From: a bacterium
GTDB taxonomy: Bacteria; Patescibacteriota; CPR2; UBA1875; JAJYID01
Reading direction: 5' to 3'
Assembly: GCA_030647205.1 (NCBI GenBank)
Contig: JAUSJO010000005.1
Location: 10,523-74,522 of the forward strand
Length of the DNA: 64,000 bases
Positions 30,916-40,738 of the stretch are shown here, piece after piece; the first letter of the stretch is position 1; every line of letters begins with the position of its first letter. The notes beneath the pieces are model-generated. The model saw only the letters and a program-made list of their open reading frames with translations, was not told the DNA's origin and made no database searches. The position numbers were made by a program, and so were the translations under genes.

Positions 30916-33021
30916 ATGGCGGATTTTTTAAATGACTTAAATGATATGCAAAAAGAGGCGGTAAGGCATACCGAAGGGCCTCTTCTTATATTAGCCGGAG
31001 CGGGGAGCGGAAAGACAAAGACGCTTGTTTATCGCATTGCATACTTAATTAGTGATAAAAATGTAGAGCCGGAGAGGATTCTGGCGGTGACATTCACAAA
31101 CAAAGCGGCAAAAGAGATGATTACTCGTGTTGAGAAATTGATTGGTCATACGGGTCGCAGACCTATAATGGGCACGTTTCACTCTATTTGCGCTAAGATT
31201 TTGCGTAAGGAAATAGGTGTTTTGGGCTATAAATCGAGCTTTACTATCTATGACTCTGGCGATTCTCTGCGAGCGGTAAAAATTGCCATGAAGGAGCTCC
31301 AGATTGATGAGAAAAAGATTAATCCGAAAACTATCCGAAACTATATTTCTTCGGCAAAAAATGAGCTGATTGGCTCAGAAGAGTATTCGGCGCTTTCCAA
31401 CGGCTATATCCAGGAAATGGCCGCAAAAGTGTATTTTGAGTACGAAAAGATACTGCAGAAAGCTCATGCGCTTGATTTTGATGATTTAATCATGCGGACT
31501 GTAGAGATATTTCAGAAGTTCCCTGAAGTTCTAGAGAAGTATCGTCGTCAGTTTAAATATATTCATATAGATGAGTATCAGGATACGAACCATGCGCAGT
31601 ATGTTTTTTCTAAACTTTTGGCGGAAAAGTATGGGAATATTTGTGTGGTTGGGGACGACTGGCAGAGCGTCTATGCATTTCGTGGCGCGAACTTCCAGAA
31701 TATTTTAGACTTTGAAAAGGACTATCCGAACACCAAAGTTGTGAAGCTTGAACAAAATTATAGATCAACAAAAACAATTCTAGACGCTGCTCATCATATA
31801 ATAAAAAAGAACGAAAACAGGAGCGATAAAGAGCTTTGGACGCAGAACGTTTTAGGCGTGCCTGTGCTTACTTTTGAGGCTAGAGACGAGGTTGAAGAGG
31901 GAAGATTCATCATTGAAGAGGTCAACAATATGGCACGGGATTTAAGCGATTTTGCTATTTTATATCGCACAAATGCCCAGTCAAGATCACTCGAAGAACA
32001 GTTTCTAAAAGCAGGTATGAAATATCGAATATTCGGTGGGGTTAGGTTCTATGAAAGAAAGGAAGTTAAAGACATCGTTTCGTATCTCAGATTTATCGAA
32101 AATCCTAAAGATTGGGTTAGTTTGGAGCGGATTATAAATGTTCCGGCAAGGGGGATTGGGGCAGTTTCACTTACGAAACTGAAAGATTTATTTCTTGAGC
32201 TAGAGTTAAAAGAAATTCTAGACAAAGTTATAGAAGAAAAGATACTTTCAGCTAAAACCGCTGCTAAATTCGAGGAATTTATGAAGCTGATTATGAAGCT
32301 TCAAGAAGAAAAAGATACGATGCAGATAACCAAATTCATCGAGCATGTTATGAAAAAGAGCGGATACTATGATTCGCTGGATGATAAAACAATTCAGGGC
32401 GAGGAAAGGCAGGAAAACTTGAAGGAGCTTCTTTCTGTGGCTGAGGAATATGCGAAAGATAATGAGAAACTAACCCTCGGTGATTTTCTTGAGGAGGTGG
32501 CACTGATTTCTGATCTGGATAACTACTCTGAGGACGAAAAGTCGGTAACTTTGATGACATTACATTCGGCGAAGGGCCTGGAATTTCCGGTTGTTTTTAT
32601 TACCGGCATGGAAGAGGGCATCTTTCCGCATTCAAGGAGCCAGCTAGACTTTGAAGAGATGGAAGAGGAGAGAAGACTTGCATATGTCGGTATCACGAGG
32701 GCGGAGGAAAGAGTATACCTAATAAATGCTCGTAGGCGGCTCCTATATGGAAACTACCAAACAAGTCCTGTGTCTAGATTTATTTCAGATATCCCGGGCG
32801 AGTTTAGGAAAAATATCAATAGATTTGAAACAGGGCTAGATGCCAAAATTTATGAGAAAAAAATCCCGCAGTTTATGCCGGGAGAAAAAGTTTTGCATGA
32901 TAAATTTGGCGCAGGGATTGTACAAGACGTGAAAGGTGATGAGATGACTGTGTCGTTTGAAAAGTTAGTTGGGGTAAAAGTTCTCTCGACCATTTATGCG
33001 CCGATAGAGAAGATAAATTAA
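30916..33021 (+). CDS. pcrA: ATP-dependent DNA helicase PcrA/UvrD
   Basis: AGAGSGKT, TFTNKAA, DEYQD, LEQNYRS, TLHSAKGLEF, EERRLAYVGITRA; start ATG 30916 (or 30907). Confidence 0.96.
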   Translation: MADFLNDLNDMQKEAVRHTEGPLLILAGAGSGKTKTLVYRIAYLISDKNVEPERILAVTFTNKAAKEMITRVEKLIGHTGRRPIMGTFHSICAKILRKEIGVLGYKSSFTIYDSGDSLRAVKIAMKELQIDEKKINPKTIRNYISSAKNELIGSEEYSALSNGYIQEMAAKVYFEYEKILQKAHALDFDDLIMRTVEIFQKFPEVLEKYRRQFKYIHIDEYQDTNHAQYVFSKLLAEKYGNICVVGDDWQSVYAFRGANFQNILDFEKDYPNTKVVKLEQNYRSTKTILDAAHHIIKKNENRSDKELWTQNVLGVPVLTFEARDEVEEGRFIIEEVNNMARDLSDFAILYRTNAQSRSLEEQFLKAGMKYRIFGGVRFYERKEVKDIVSYLRFIENPKDWVSLERIINVPARGIGAVSLTKLKDLFLELELKEILDKVIEEKILSAKTAAKFEEFMKLIMKLQEEKDTMQITKFIEHVMKKSGYYDSLDDKTIQGEERQENLKELLSVAEEYAKDNEKLTLGDFLEEVALISDLDNYSEDEKSVTLMTLHSAKGLEFPVVFITGMEEGIFPHSRSQLDFEEMEEERRLAYVGITRAEERVYLINARRRLLYGNYQTSPVSRFISDIPGEFRKNINRFETGLDAKIYEKKIPQFMPGEKVLHDKFGAGIVQDVKGDEMTVSFEKLVGVKVLSTIYAPIEKIN

Positions 33022-33029
33022 CATAGTTT

Positions 33030-33056
33030 GTCATTCCCGCGGAGGCGGGAATCTAG
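33030..33056. repeat. REP/dRS3-like palindromic element
   Basis: GTCATTCCCGCGGAGGCGGGAATCTAG fits ATTCCC-N8-GGGAAT. Confidence 0.75.
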
Positions 33057-33323
33057 TCTTCCTTTAATATAATTTCCACTTTTTTAGAAAAAGTCATTTT
33101 AGTAATTACTTTTTGATAGCAAAAAATCATTTATCCACTTTTGTTTGGGCAAAAGTGGAGCAAAACCCACCGACTAGCACTACGAAATAGATAAAACTAA
33201 TAAAAATTTATCATTCAAAACACGAAGCGTTTCACTAGAGCGTGCTTTTGTCCTAAAGGAACATTCTAAATTTTTAAGTTTTATTAACGACGTAAAGCGA
33301 GAGATGTAAAAAGTAATCTTTTT

Positions 33324-33438
33324 ATATCTGAGCCGAGGAGTTAAAATATTTAACTATTTCTCCGTGATGTCGGGAAGACTCAATCCTCTCTTTGGAAAAA
33401 TCACGCCGGGGAATACGCGCGCTCCTTCAATTAGATAT
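33324..33438 (+). ncRNA. Candidate structured ncRNA (long imperfect rod, possibly extending 33301-33476)
   Basis: Nested pairings ATATCTGA/TTAGATAT, GAGGAGT/GCTCCTT, TATTTCTC/GGGGAATA, CGTGAT/ATCACG; G-U pairs favour + strand. Confidence 0.4.
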
Positions 33439-33486
33439 CCAATAAGAAAATACAAATCCAACAACCGCGACATCCCATAAAAGTCC

Positions 33487-33515
33487 TTGACATGGGATAG
33501 GCAAATCAGTAGAAT
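33487..33515 (+). promoter_or_regulatory. Near-consensus sigma70 promoter for G5/transglycosylase gene
   Basis: TTGACA-17nt-TAGAAT. Confidence 0.75.
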
Positions 33516-33555
33516 AGTCCGCGTACCTATAAAAAGCAGGTAGGACACGGGTGAT

Positions 33556-34809
33556 TTGGGCAAAACAAAAACAAACCCTCTAGATTCTCTATTATTAAAG
33601 AGGCAGGTGTTTATTTTACTAGGCAGAACGAAAAATTATTTTTTCAATTCTCATCTAAAAATCAATTCAGCAATATCGCTTCTGGCATTTATGCCACTTT
33701 TTGCGGTTGCCTTCTCGACAAATCCGGTTAAAAACGGAAGTGTTATAAATGGCGTGGAAACTCCGCTTCATGTAGTTTGTGATGGGAATGTTTATGATAC
33801 TAAGACAAAGGCAAATGTTGTCAGCGAAGCCCTCAAAGGAACGGACTGCGGATATAATGAAAACGATCTTGTTTCTCCGGCGCCGGAAACTAAGCTAGAC
33901 GGTGCTCTCGCAGATATTTTTGTGACGAAAGCGACTCCGGTAACAGTAGTGGATGGCGGCAATGTCATAATGGCAAAAAGCGCATATAAAACTGCTGCTG
34001 ATATTTTAAAACAACTAAAGATTACAGTATTTACGGAAGATAAGGTTTCGTCAGAACTTATCATGTCGGACTTTGGAGATAACGGCTTGGGGCAGAAGAT
34101 TACAATTATCAGAACCCCGGCTGTTATTTTAGAGGCCGATGGAAAAATTGCAGAAGTCAGGACCTCAAAAGGAACAGTGAGCGACTTTCTGGCGGAAAAA
34201 AAGATTACTCTTGGTTCAAAAGATGAGGTGGTTCCTGCGGTAACGTCTGTGATTAGCCGTGGTATGAAGGTTACCGTGACCAGAGTAACTGAAACTGATG
34301 TTACTGAAGATGAGGTTATTCCTTTTAGTACCATTGAGAAGAAAGATTTTAATGTATATCAAGGGCAAACCAGCGTAGAGTCAGAAGGTCTAAACGGCTT
34401 GAAGAGAAAAGTTTCCAGAGTCGTAAACAGAAATGGTGTCCTGGCGAGCAAGACTCTTCTATCTGAAACAGTCATTCAAGCTTCAAAGAATAAAGTAGTT
34501 GTAATCGGCGTAAAGCCTTATGGTCACCAAGAACTTTGGGCAATAATGGTAGCAGCTGGAGCACAATGGGGTGTCGACCCATCACAAATTTATCGGGTTG
34601 GAATGTGTGAAAGTGGTCTCACTCCTTCTAGAGTAGGCATGGCTTATGGTCTAATGCAGTACCAGAAGCCAACTTGGGTAAATGGGAGTAATAAGTATCC
34701 GGGTGGTAGATTTCGAGGAGCATCTATTTTTGATCCCACAGCCCAGATATATGTAACAGCTTGGAAGGTTTCCACAAATGGATGGAGAGAATGGACTTGT
34801 AAACCGTAG
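33556..34809 (+). CDS. YabE/RpfB-like cell-wall protein: DUF348 repeats, G5 domain, C-terminal lysozyme-like transglycosylase (start uncertain, alternative 33607)
   Basis: TV..FL.EK.I.LG..D.V.P repeats; E.IPF..G..G.K G5; CESG..YGLMQ..TW; adjacent to rsmA. Confidence 0.85.
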   Translation: MGKTKTNPLDSLLLKRQVFILLGRTKNYFFNSHLKINSAISLLAFMPLFAVAFSTNPVKNGSVINGVETPLHVVCDGNVYDTKTKANVVSEALKGTDCGYNENDLVSPAPETKLDGALADIFVTKATPVTVVDGGNVIMAKSAYKTAADILKQLKITVFTEDKVSSELIMSDFGDNGLGQKITIIRTPAVILEADGKIAEVRTSKGTVSDFLAEKKITLGSKDEVVPAVTSVISRGMKVTVTRVTETDVTEDEVIPFSTIEKKDFNVYQGQTSVESEGLNGLKRKVSRVVNRNGVLASKTLLSETVIQASKNKVVVIGVKPYGHQELWAIMVAAGAQWGVDPSQIYRVGMCESGLTPSRVGMAYGLMQYQKPTWVNGSNKYPGGRFRGASIFDPTAQIYVTAWKVSTNGWREWTCKP

Positions 34810-34860
34810 GTAGATTAGTGGGTTAATGGGTGAGTAGGCAAATAGGTTGAAATTGTTTTC

Positions 34861-34898
34861 AAGGACAGTTCTTGCAGGAATGTAAGGACTGTCCTTTT
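34861..34898 (+). terminator. Rho-independent terminator
   Basis: AAGGACAGTTCTTGCA-GGAA-TGTAAGGACTGTCCTTTTT. Confidence 0.8.
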
Positions 34899-35026
34899 TG
34901 GTTTTGTTTGAGCCTTGATTGATCATTGGCACTTGATATTTGATTATTGAATAGACCCGAGTGTAATTATGGTAGCTAAGTAAGGTAAAATCAGCTATAA
35001 TGAGCAGGTAATCTAGAAGGAAACTC

Positions 35027-35902
35027 GTGGATTTAACAAACATTTTAGAACTAAAGAAACTCTTAAAAACCTATGGAGCTTGGCCGAATAAAGATTTGGG
35101 CCAGCATTTTTTGACTGACAAAAATGTTCTAGAGAAAATGATTGAAACGGCCGATTTAAATAAAAATGATGTCGTGGTTGAGGTCGGGCCGGGGATTGGC
35201 ATTATGACGAAGGAGCTCGCCAAAAGAGCCAAGAAGGTTCATGCGATAGAGATTGATCCTAAGATTGCCGAAATACTTTCGACCATATGCGTTCAATATC
35301 CGAACTTGAAGATTGTGAGGGGGGATATCAGGGACTTTGACCCGAAAGGCATCGGCAGGTACAAGGTGGTGGCAAATCTGCCTTACTATATAACCTCGCA
35401 TATAATAAAGAAATTTTTGGAAGAAAAGAACAAACCGGAAACAATAACGGTTTTGATACAGAGAGAAGTTGCTGAGCGTATTTGCGCCAAGCCGGGGAGG
35501 ATGAGCATACTGGCGGTTGCCGTTCAGTTTTATGGTATACCGGAAATAAAGGAGCTCGTGTCGCCGCTGGCATTTTTCCCATCACCGAAAGTATACTCTG
35601 CAATTTTGAAGATAAAAGTTTTCAAAGAGCCGCTTTTTGAGGGCGTTAATACAAAAGCATTTTTCCGTTTGGTAAAAGCGGGATTTGGCGAGAAGAGAAA
35701 GATGCTTGCAAACTCTATGTCCGGTGGTCTGGGGATTGAGAAAGAGTTGGCGGAAAAGCTTCTGCGGGGAGCCGGCGTGGAGCCGATGCTCCGGGCGGAG
35801 AGGTTGTCGCTGGATGATTGGCGCAGAATTTATCTTGTATTTACAAAATATTTAAAACTTGGAGATGTCCATGAAAAGGCTACGGATAAAAGTGATTGGT
35901 GA
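35027..35902 (+). CDS. rsmA: 16S rRNA m6,2A dimethyltransferase
   Basis: LGQHFL, VEVGPGIG, IEID, VANLPYYIT, QREVAER. Confidence 0.96.
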   Translation: MDLTNILELKKLLKTYGAWPNKDLGQHFLTDKNVLEKMIETADLNKNDVVVEVGPGIGIMTKELAKRAKKVHAIEIDPKIAEILSTICVQYPNLKIVRGDIRDFDPKGIGRYKVVANLPYYITSHIIKKFLEEKNKPETITVLIQREVAERICAKPGRMSILAVAVQFYGIPEIKELVSPLAFFPSPKVYSAILKIKVFKEPLFEGVNTKAFFRLVKAGFGEKRKMLANSMSGGLGIEKELAEKLLRGAGVEPMLRAERLSLDDWRRIYLVFTKYLKLGDVHEKATDKSDW

Positions 35903-36140
35903 TGTTCAGGGTGTTTTCTATCGATTTAGCGCAAAGATAGTCGCGGATGACGCCGGAATAACCGGTTGGGCGCAAAATGAGCCCGATGGCAGCGTTTCTA
36001 TGGTTATAGAAGGTAAAGATGAGGTACTAGAGAAATTCACGCAGTGGGCAGAGGAAGGCTCGCCAATGGCCGCGGTAGAGAAAGTTTTGGTGTCAGAGGA
36101 AGAGTATACAGGTGAGTTTAAAAAGTTTGAGGTTAAATAA
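35871..36140 (+). CDS. acyP: Acylphosphatase
   Basis: GDVQGVFYR, GWAQNEPDGSV, GSP.A.V. Confidence 0.92.
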   Translation: MKRLRIKVIGDVQGVFYRFSAKIVADDAGITGWAQNEPDGSVSMVIEGKDEVLEKFTQWAEEGSPMAAVEKVLVSEEEYTGEFKKFEVK

Positions 36141-36793
36141 TGTTATATATAGTTTCCACTCCAATAGGCAATCTTTCCGATATAACCTTGAGAGCGCTTG
36201 AAGTGCTTAAAGAAGTTGATTTGATCGCCTGTGAAGACACAAGACATACGAAGATACTTTTGGACAAGTATGAAATTGATAAGAAGTTAATAAGCTATCA
36301 TCAGCACTCGGGCGAGGCGAAGATAGCCCAGATAATCGGTTTGCTTGAAGAAGGTAAAGATGTGGCAATTGTGACTGATGCAGGCACGCCCGGGATATCC
36401 GACCCGGGAAGCAAGTTGATAAAAAAGGCGATTGAGGCTCATATTGACGTTACCTCCATACCGGGACCGGCCGCTTTTACATCGGCACTATCGGTAAGCG
36501 GGTTTGATACATCAGAGTTTGTGTTCATAGGGTTCCTCCCACATAAAAAAGGTAGGCAAACAAAGCTTAATGGGATTGCCGGGGAGAAAAGGACAGTAGC
36601 GTTGTATGAGTCGGTTCATCGAATAAATAAATTGCTCGGAGAATTAAACGAGGTAATACCCGACAGAGACATATGCGTAACACGTGAGCTAACCAAGAAA
36701 TTTGAGGAAATTTATCGTGGAAAACCGGGTGAGATTGAGGGTAAAGTAAAAGAAAAAGGCGAGTTTGCGGTCGTAATAGAAGGGAAGAAATGA
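36140..36793 (+). CDS. rsmI: 16S rRNA C1402 2'-O-methyltransferase
   Basis: LYIVSTPIGNL.DIT.RA, CEDTR, DAGTPGISDPG, RELTKKFEE. Confidence 0.96.
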   Translation: MLYIVSTPIGNLSDITLRALEVLKEVDLIACEDTRHTKILLDKYEIDKKLISYHQHSGEAKIAQIIGLLEEGKDVAIVTDAGTPGISDPGSKLIKKAIEAHIDVTSIPGPAAFTSALSVSGFDTSEFVFIGFLPHKKGRQTKLNGIAGEKRTVALYESVHRINKLLGELNEVIPDRDICVTRELTKKFEEIYRGKPGEIEGKVKEKGEFAVVIEGKK

Positions 36794-37404
36794 TAAAAAC
36801 AATTATTTTTGATAACCATGGGGTTATAACATCCAGTACCAGAGATGGAGCAACGGAAAAGTTCTCCCATTTTTTGGGCGTGAGCTATGACGAGTTTGAA
36901 CGTGTTTGGGATACCCTTGAAGGCGATGTTGATGAGGGGAAGATTACAAACGAGGAATTCTTGCTAGAGTTGATGGCGAAAACTGGCTCCCATAAAGATA
37001 TCGAGGGGTTTAGAAAACTTTATTTTTCCAGCTACTATCCAAAGAAGGATGTTCAGGAGTTTGCGAAGGAACTTGGCAAGAAATTTGAAATAGTGCTTCT
37101 AACCAACTTTAGTGATGCTTTCGACGAAGCTAATAAGAGATGGCAGCTTGAAAAAATATTTGGAGATAAAATATTTGTTTCGGGGAAACTTAGGATGAGA
37201 AAGCCCAATGATGATATTTACCTGTATGTTTTGAAAAAGCTAGGGAAGAGACCGGAGGAAACAGTATTCATAGATGATAATCCTGAGTTTATCGAAACGG
37301 CGAAGCGGCTTGGGATGCATACAATCCTCTTCAAATCGCTTAAACAGGCAGAAAAGGGCCTAGAAAATATACTCAAGGACGATTATGCCAAAAAAACCGA
37401 CTAA
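36790..37404 (+). CDS. HAD-family phosphatase (YihX-like), paralog 1
   Basis: IIFDNHGV, LLTN, RKP, FIDD. Confidence 0.9.
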   Translation: MIKTIIFDNHGVITSSTRDGATEKFSHFLGVSYDEFERVWDTLEGDVDEGKITNEEFLLELMAKTGSHKDIEGFRKLYFSSYYPKKDVQEFAKELGKKFEIVLLTNFSDAFDEANKRWQLEKIFGDKIFVSGKLRMRKPNDDIYLYVLKKLGKRPEETVFIDDNPEFIETAKRLGMHTILFKSLKQAEKGLENILKDDYAKKTD

Positions 37405-38020
37405 AGAGAAAAAAATAAAAGTTATTATTTTTGATAATAATGGAGTTTTGACTACAAACGATAGTGAAGACGGATACAATAAAGTGGCCGAATTTTTGGA
37501 GGTAGAAACTCATGTTTTGAAGCCGGTTTGGTCGGGGGAACTTGCTCAAGCATTGGATGAGGGCAAGATAACTTGTGATGATTTCTTGAAAAATGTTATG
37601 TCCATGGTCGGGGCAGAAAAGGACCTGGATGATTTTCGCAGCTTCTACCTTGGTAGATACGTGCAAAAGCATGAGGTGAGAGATTTCGCGAAAAGGATCG
37701 GTAATGATTTTGAGATAGCGCTTCTTACGAACTTCGGTGATGGTTTCCACGAGTTCAACAAAAGGTGGAAACTCGAAGAGATATTTGAAGAAGATAAGAT
37801 ATTTCTTTCTTGTGATATGAAAATGAGAAAGCCGAATGATGATATTTTTCTTTCCGCGCTTGAAAGTCTTGGTAGGAAGCCGGAAGAAGCGGTTTTTATA
37901 GACGATAATCACGATAATATAGATACAGCCGGAAGGCTGGGGATGGCTACAATATTGTTTGAATCGCTAGAACAAGTGGAAAAAGACCTCCAAAATATAT
38001 TACAATACGATTATGCCTAA
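37385..38020 (+). CDS. HAD-family phosphatase (YihX-like), paralog 2
   Basis: IIFDNNGV, LLTN, RKP, FIDD; strongly similar to upstream gene. Confidence 0.9.
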   Translation: MPKKPTKEKKIKVIIFDNNGVLTTNDSEDGYNKVAEFLEVETHVLKPVWSGELAQALDEGKITCDDFLKNVMSMVGAEKDLDDFRSFYLGRYVQKHEVRDFAKRIGNDFEIALLTNFGDGFHEFNKRWKLEEIFEEDKIFLSCDMKMRKPNDDIFLSALESLGRKPEEAVFIDDNHDNIDTAGRLGMATILFESLEQVEKDLQNILQYDYA

Positions 38021-39488
38021 AAAGTTTTACATAGCAACATCTATACCTTATGCTAACGGAGCGCCTCACATGGGTCATCCGCTTGATCCTTTGTACGCGG
38101 ATGTTTTGGCTAGATATTATCGCAGCAATGGGTACGATGTGTTTTTCCTTGTTGGTTTGGATGAAAATGGGCAGACCGTATACAACAAAGCAAAGTGTGC
38201 CGGGGTTCCTATCGAAGATTTTGTCGAGGAAATCAGATCAAAGTTTATTCAAATGCACGAGAAAATAAATGACACTTACGATGGATTTATTAGAACAACT
38301 GATGAGAAAAATCACTGGCCAACCGCGCAAGAAATTTGGAAAAGGGCGCAAGATAATGGCGATATTTATAAGAAAAACTACAAAGGCTTGTATTGCGTTG
38401 GTTGTGAGGAGTTCAAACTGGAAAGGGATCTGGTTGACGGCAAATGTCCGGATCATCTGACAAAACCGGAAGAGATAGAGGAAGAGAACTACTTTTTTGC
38501 TCTTTCAAAGTATCAGGATTTTCTCTTGGATTTATTTGATAAGAATAAAGATTTTGTATATCCGCAAAATAAATATAATGAGGCGTATCAGATCATAAAA
38601 GGCGGACTTGAGGACGTCAGTATTTCTCGGCCGAAGACACGGCTTCCGTGGGGAGTGCCTGTGCCGGGCGATGATGATCATGTGATGTATGTCTGGTTTG
38701 ACGCTCTGACGAATTATCTCTCAGGAATAGGTTTTACATCCGACAAGAAAAAGTTTGAAAAATACTGGCCGGCAGATATTCAAATAGTGGGTAAAGATAA
38801 TAACAAATGGCACTCCATACTCTGGCCGGCAATGCTGAAATCTGCAGGACTTGAAATACCTAAAAAAATATTGGTTCATAGCTATGTACTAGCAAAGGGT
38901 AATGTGAAGATGAGTAAAACCATCGGCAATGTAGTTGACCCAATAGAAATGATAGACAAGTACGGCGCAGATGCATTTCGCTACTTCATCCTTTCGAAGA
39001 TACCTATCGATACGGATGGCGCATTTGACGAGGATCATTTCAGAGAGGTGTATAACTCAGAGTTGTCAAATAAGTTGGGAAATCTTCTGCAAAGGACGAT
39101 CTCAATGATTAACCGTTACGATGTAAAAATACCAAAGTCAGAAAAAAAGGAACTCCGAGATGCTTTGCTAGATAATCTGAGTAAAACAAAAATGACCTTA
39201 CGTGAACAGGTAAACGAGGAAACTGAACTGTTGCGTTTTGGTAATGCCTTGTCCCTTATATGGACACATGGGGTCGATGTTTTAAACGAATATTTTGAAA
39301 AAAACAAACCTTGGGAAATCGCAAAGAGTAATCCGGAAAAAGCAGCAAAAGTTCTTCAAGATGTCCATGGATCTCTGCTGGTAATCGCGGGACTACTAGT
39401 GCCCTTTATGCCCGAAACATCGGAAAAAATGAAAGAACAACTTAAGACTCTAAAACCAGAACCGCTATTTCCCAGGCTAGAAAAATGA
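38013..39488 (+). CDS. metG: Methionine--tRNA ligase (short form)
   Basis: PY.NG.PHMGH, YCVGCE, YVWFDAL.NY, KMSKT. Confidence 0.96.
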   Translation: MPKKFYIATSIPYANGAPHMGHPLDPLYADVLARYYRSNGYDVFFLVGLDENGQTVYNKAKCAGVPIEDFVEEIRSKFIQMHEKINDTYDGFIRTTDEKNHWPTAQEIWKRAQDNGDIYKKNYKGLYCVGCEEFKLERDLVDGKCPDHLTKPEEIEEENYFFALSKYQDFLLDLFDKNKDFVYPQNKYNEAYQIIKGGLEDVSISRPKTRLPWGVPVPGDDDHVMYVWFDALTNYLSGIGFTSDKKKFEKYWPADIQIVGKDNNKWHSILWPAMLKSAGLEIPKKILVHSYVLAKGNVKMSKTIGNVVDPIEMIDKYGADAFRYFILSKIPIDTDGAFDEDHFREVYNSELSNKLGNLLQRTISMINRYDVKIPKSEKKELRDALLDNLSKTKMTLREQVNEETELLRFGNALSLIWTHGVDVLNEYFEKNKPWEIAKSNPEKAAKVLQDVHGSLLVIAGLLVPFMPETSEKMKEQLKTLKPEPLFPRLEK

Positions 39489-39523
39489 TAGATTCTCGTT
39501 TCGGCGAGAAGAGAGGGTAAAAA

Positions 39524-40738
39524 ATGATTCAGCATATAAGTCATCATTTATATCGAGGCAGAAAAAACACAGAACTTAACGAAATATATTTTTCCATGGG
39601 TTTTTATACCTTTGCGCTTTCACTGATCATGGTTTTTATCCCCATTTACTTTTATAGCTTGGGTTATGCGTTGCGGGAGATACTTTCTTATTACATTTTT
39701 GTTTATTCATTTTTGGCGATTGGGGTTGTCCTTGCCGGCTGGCTTGTTACGCGTTTCGGGGCAAAACATATTATAGCTTTGAGCTTGCCTATAACCGCCA
39801 TTAGTTTTGTCCTCTTGCTGACCTTAGGTACTTATCATTGGCCGATTTGGATTATTGCTTTTCTTTATGGTATCTCCCAAGCATTCTATTGGGTGGCATA
39901 TCATGATGATTTTTCAAAGGCAAAGCATAGGAAAGCTGCTGGCAAGGAAGTTGGTAGAATGCATGTTTTTACTGCCGTGGCCGGAGCCTTTGGACCGATT
40001 ATCGGAGGATTTGTCGGCCAGGCGATGGGACTTCCTTTCATGATGGGCATCACAGCATTTCTTTTAATCATTGCTGTCGTGCCACTTTTTAAGACCTCGG
40101 AAATTACAAAAAGAAGACCAATACAGAAAGAGAACTTTGATATAAAAAAGAATTGGAAGGATATAGTGTCATATGGCGGTCTTGGTGTGGAAACAACGGC
40201 ATCCGGTATTATCTGGCCGCTTTTTGTATTCATTTTAGTCGGCAATTTTGTCAAAGTAGGATCGATCACGACGATCGCTCTTTTAGTGATGATCGCAGTA
40301 ACTGTTTATGTAGGCAAGATGACTGACAAATATGAAAAAAGAAAAGTCTTGAGGGCTGGCGGTATTATAAACTTTGTCGGCTGTTCGTTGAGGACTTTAG
40401 CTACAAGCCTAAATCTTGCTTATATAATTAGCATTTTGTCGTCTACAGCGTTTATCTTTATAAACATCCCTTTTGTATCCGAATACTATTTGCGGGCAGA
40501 TGAAGAGCCAAGGATAGAGTACATTATGTCCATGGAAGTAGGGATTAACTTGATGAGAGTGCTGGGATTCTCGATGTTATTTATTTCCACGTTTTTTTTG
40601 AATACAAAAATGGTATTGGTTTTAGGGTTCGCTCTCGGTGCTGCCGGTGTGCTCCTATCGATGAATATAGGTAAGAGCAGCAGAAAAGAAAAGGCGAAGA
40701 TAAAAGTTCAAAGAGAAGTTGCAAGGGCAGGGGCATGA
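39524..40738 (+). CDS. MFS transporter, paralog 1
   Basis: About 12 hydrophobic segments, G.L..RFG.K and GK..DKY loops. Confidence 0.85.
   Translation: MIQHISHHLYRGRKNTELNEIYFSMGFYTFALSLIMVFIPIYFYSLGYALREILSYYIFVYSFLAIGVVLAGWLVTRFGAKHIIALSLPITAISFVLLLTLGTYHWPIWIIAFLYGISQAFYWVAYHDDFSKAKHRKAAGKEVGRMHVFTAVAGAFGPIIGGFVGQAMGLPFMMGITAFLLIIAVVPLFKTSEITKRRPIQKENFDIKKNWKDIVSYGGLGVETTASGIIWPLFVFILVGNFVKVGSITTIALLVMIAVTVYVGKMTDKYEKRKVLRAGGIINFVGCSLRTLATSLNLAYIISILSSTAFIFINIPFVSEYYLRADEEPRIEYIMSMEVGINLMRVLGFSMLFISTFFLNTKMVLVLGFALGAAGVLLSMNIGKSSRKEKAKIKVQREVARAGA

Noticed and set aside
33060-33300. Replication origin
   Set aside because: Only one imperfect DnaA-box-like TTATCCACT, no dnaA nearby, no switch in gene orientation.
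33324-33555. c-di-AMP (ydaO) or c-di-GMP riboswitch, or SRP RNA
   Set aside because: Consensus motifs (GCUUAAU/CAGCUAAC; GCAAA..GAAA..GACGCAAAG; CAGG..GGAA..AGCAG) not found, and the main structure lies upstream of the gene's promoter.
33354-33563. 69-aa minus-strand ORF in the intergenic gap
   Set aside because: No motif; overlaps a near-consensus + strand promoter and the structured element.
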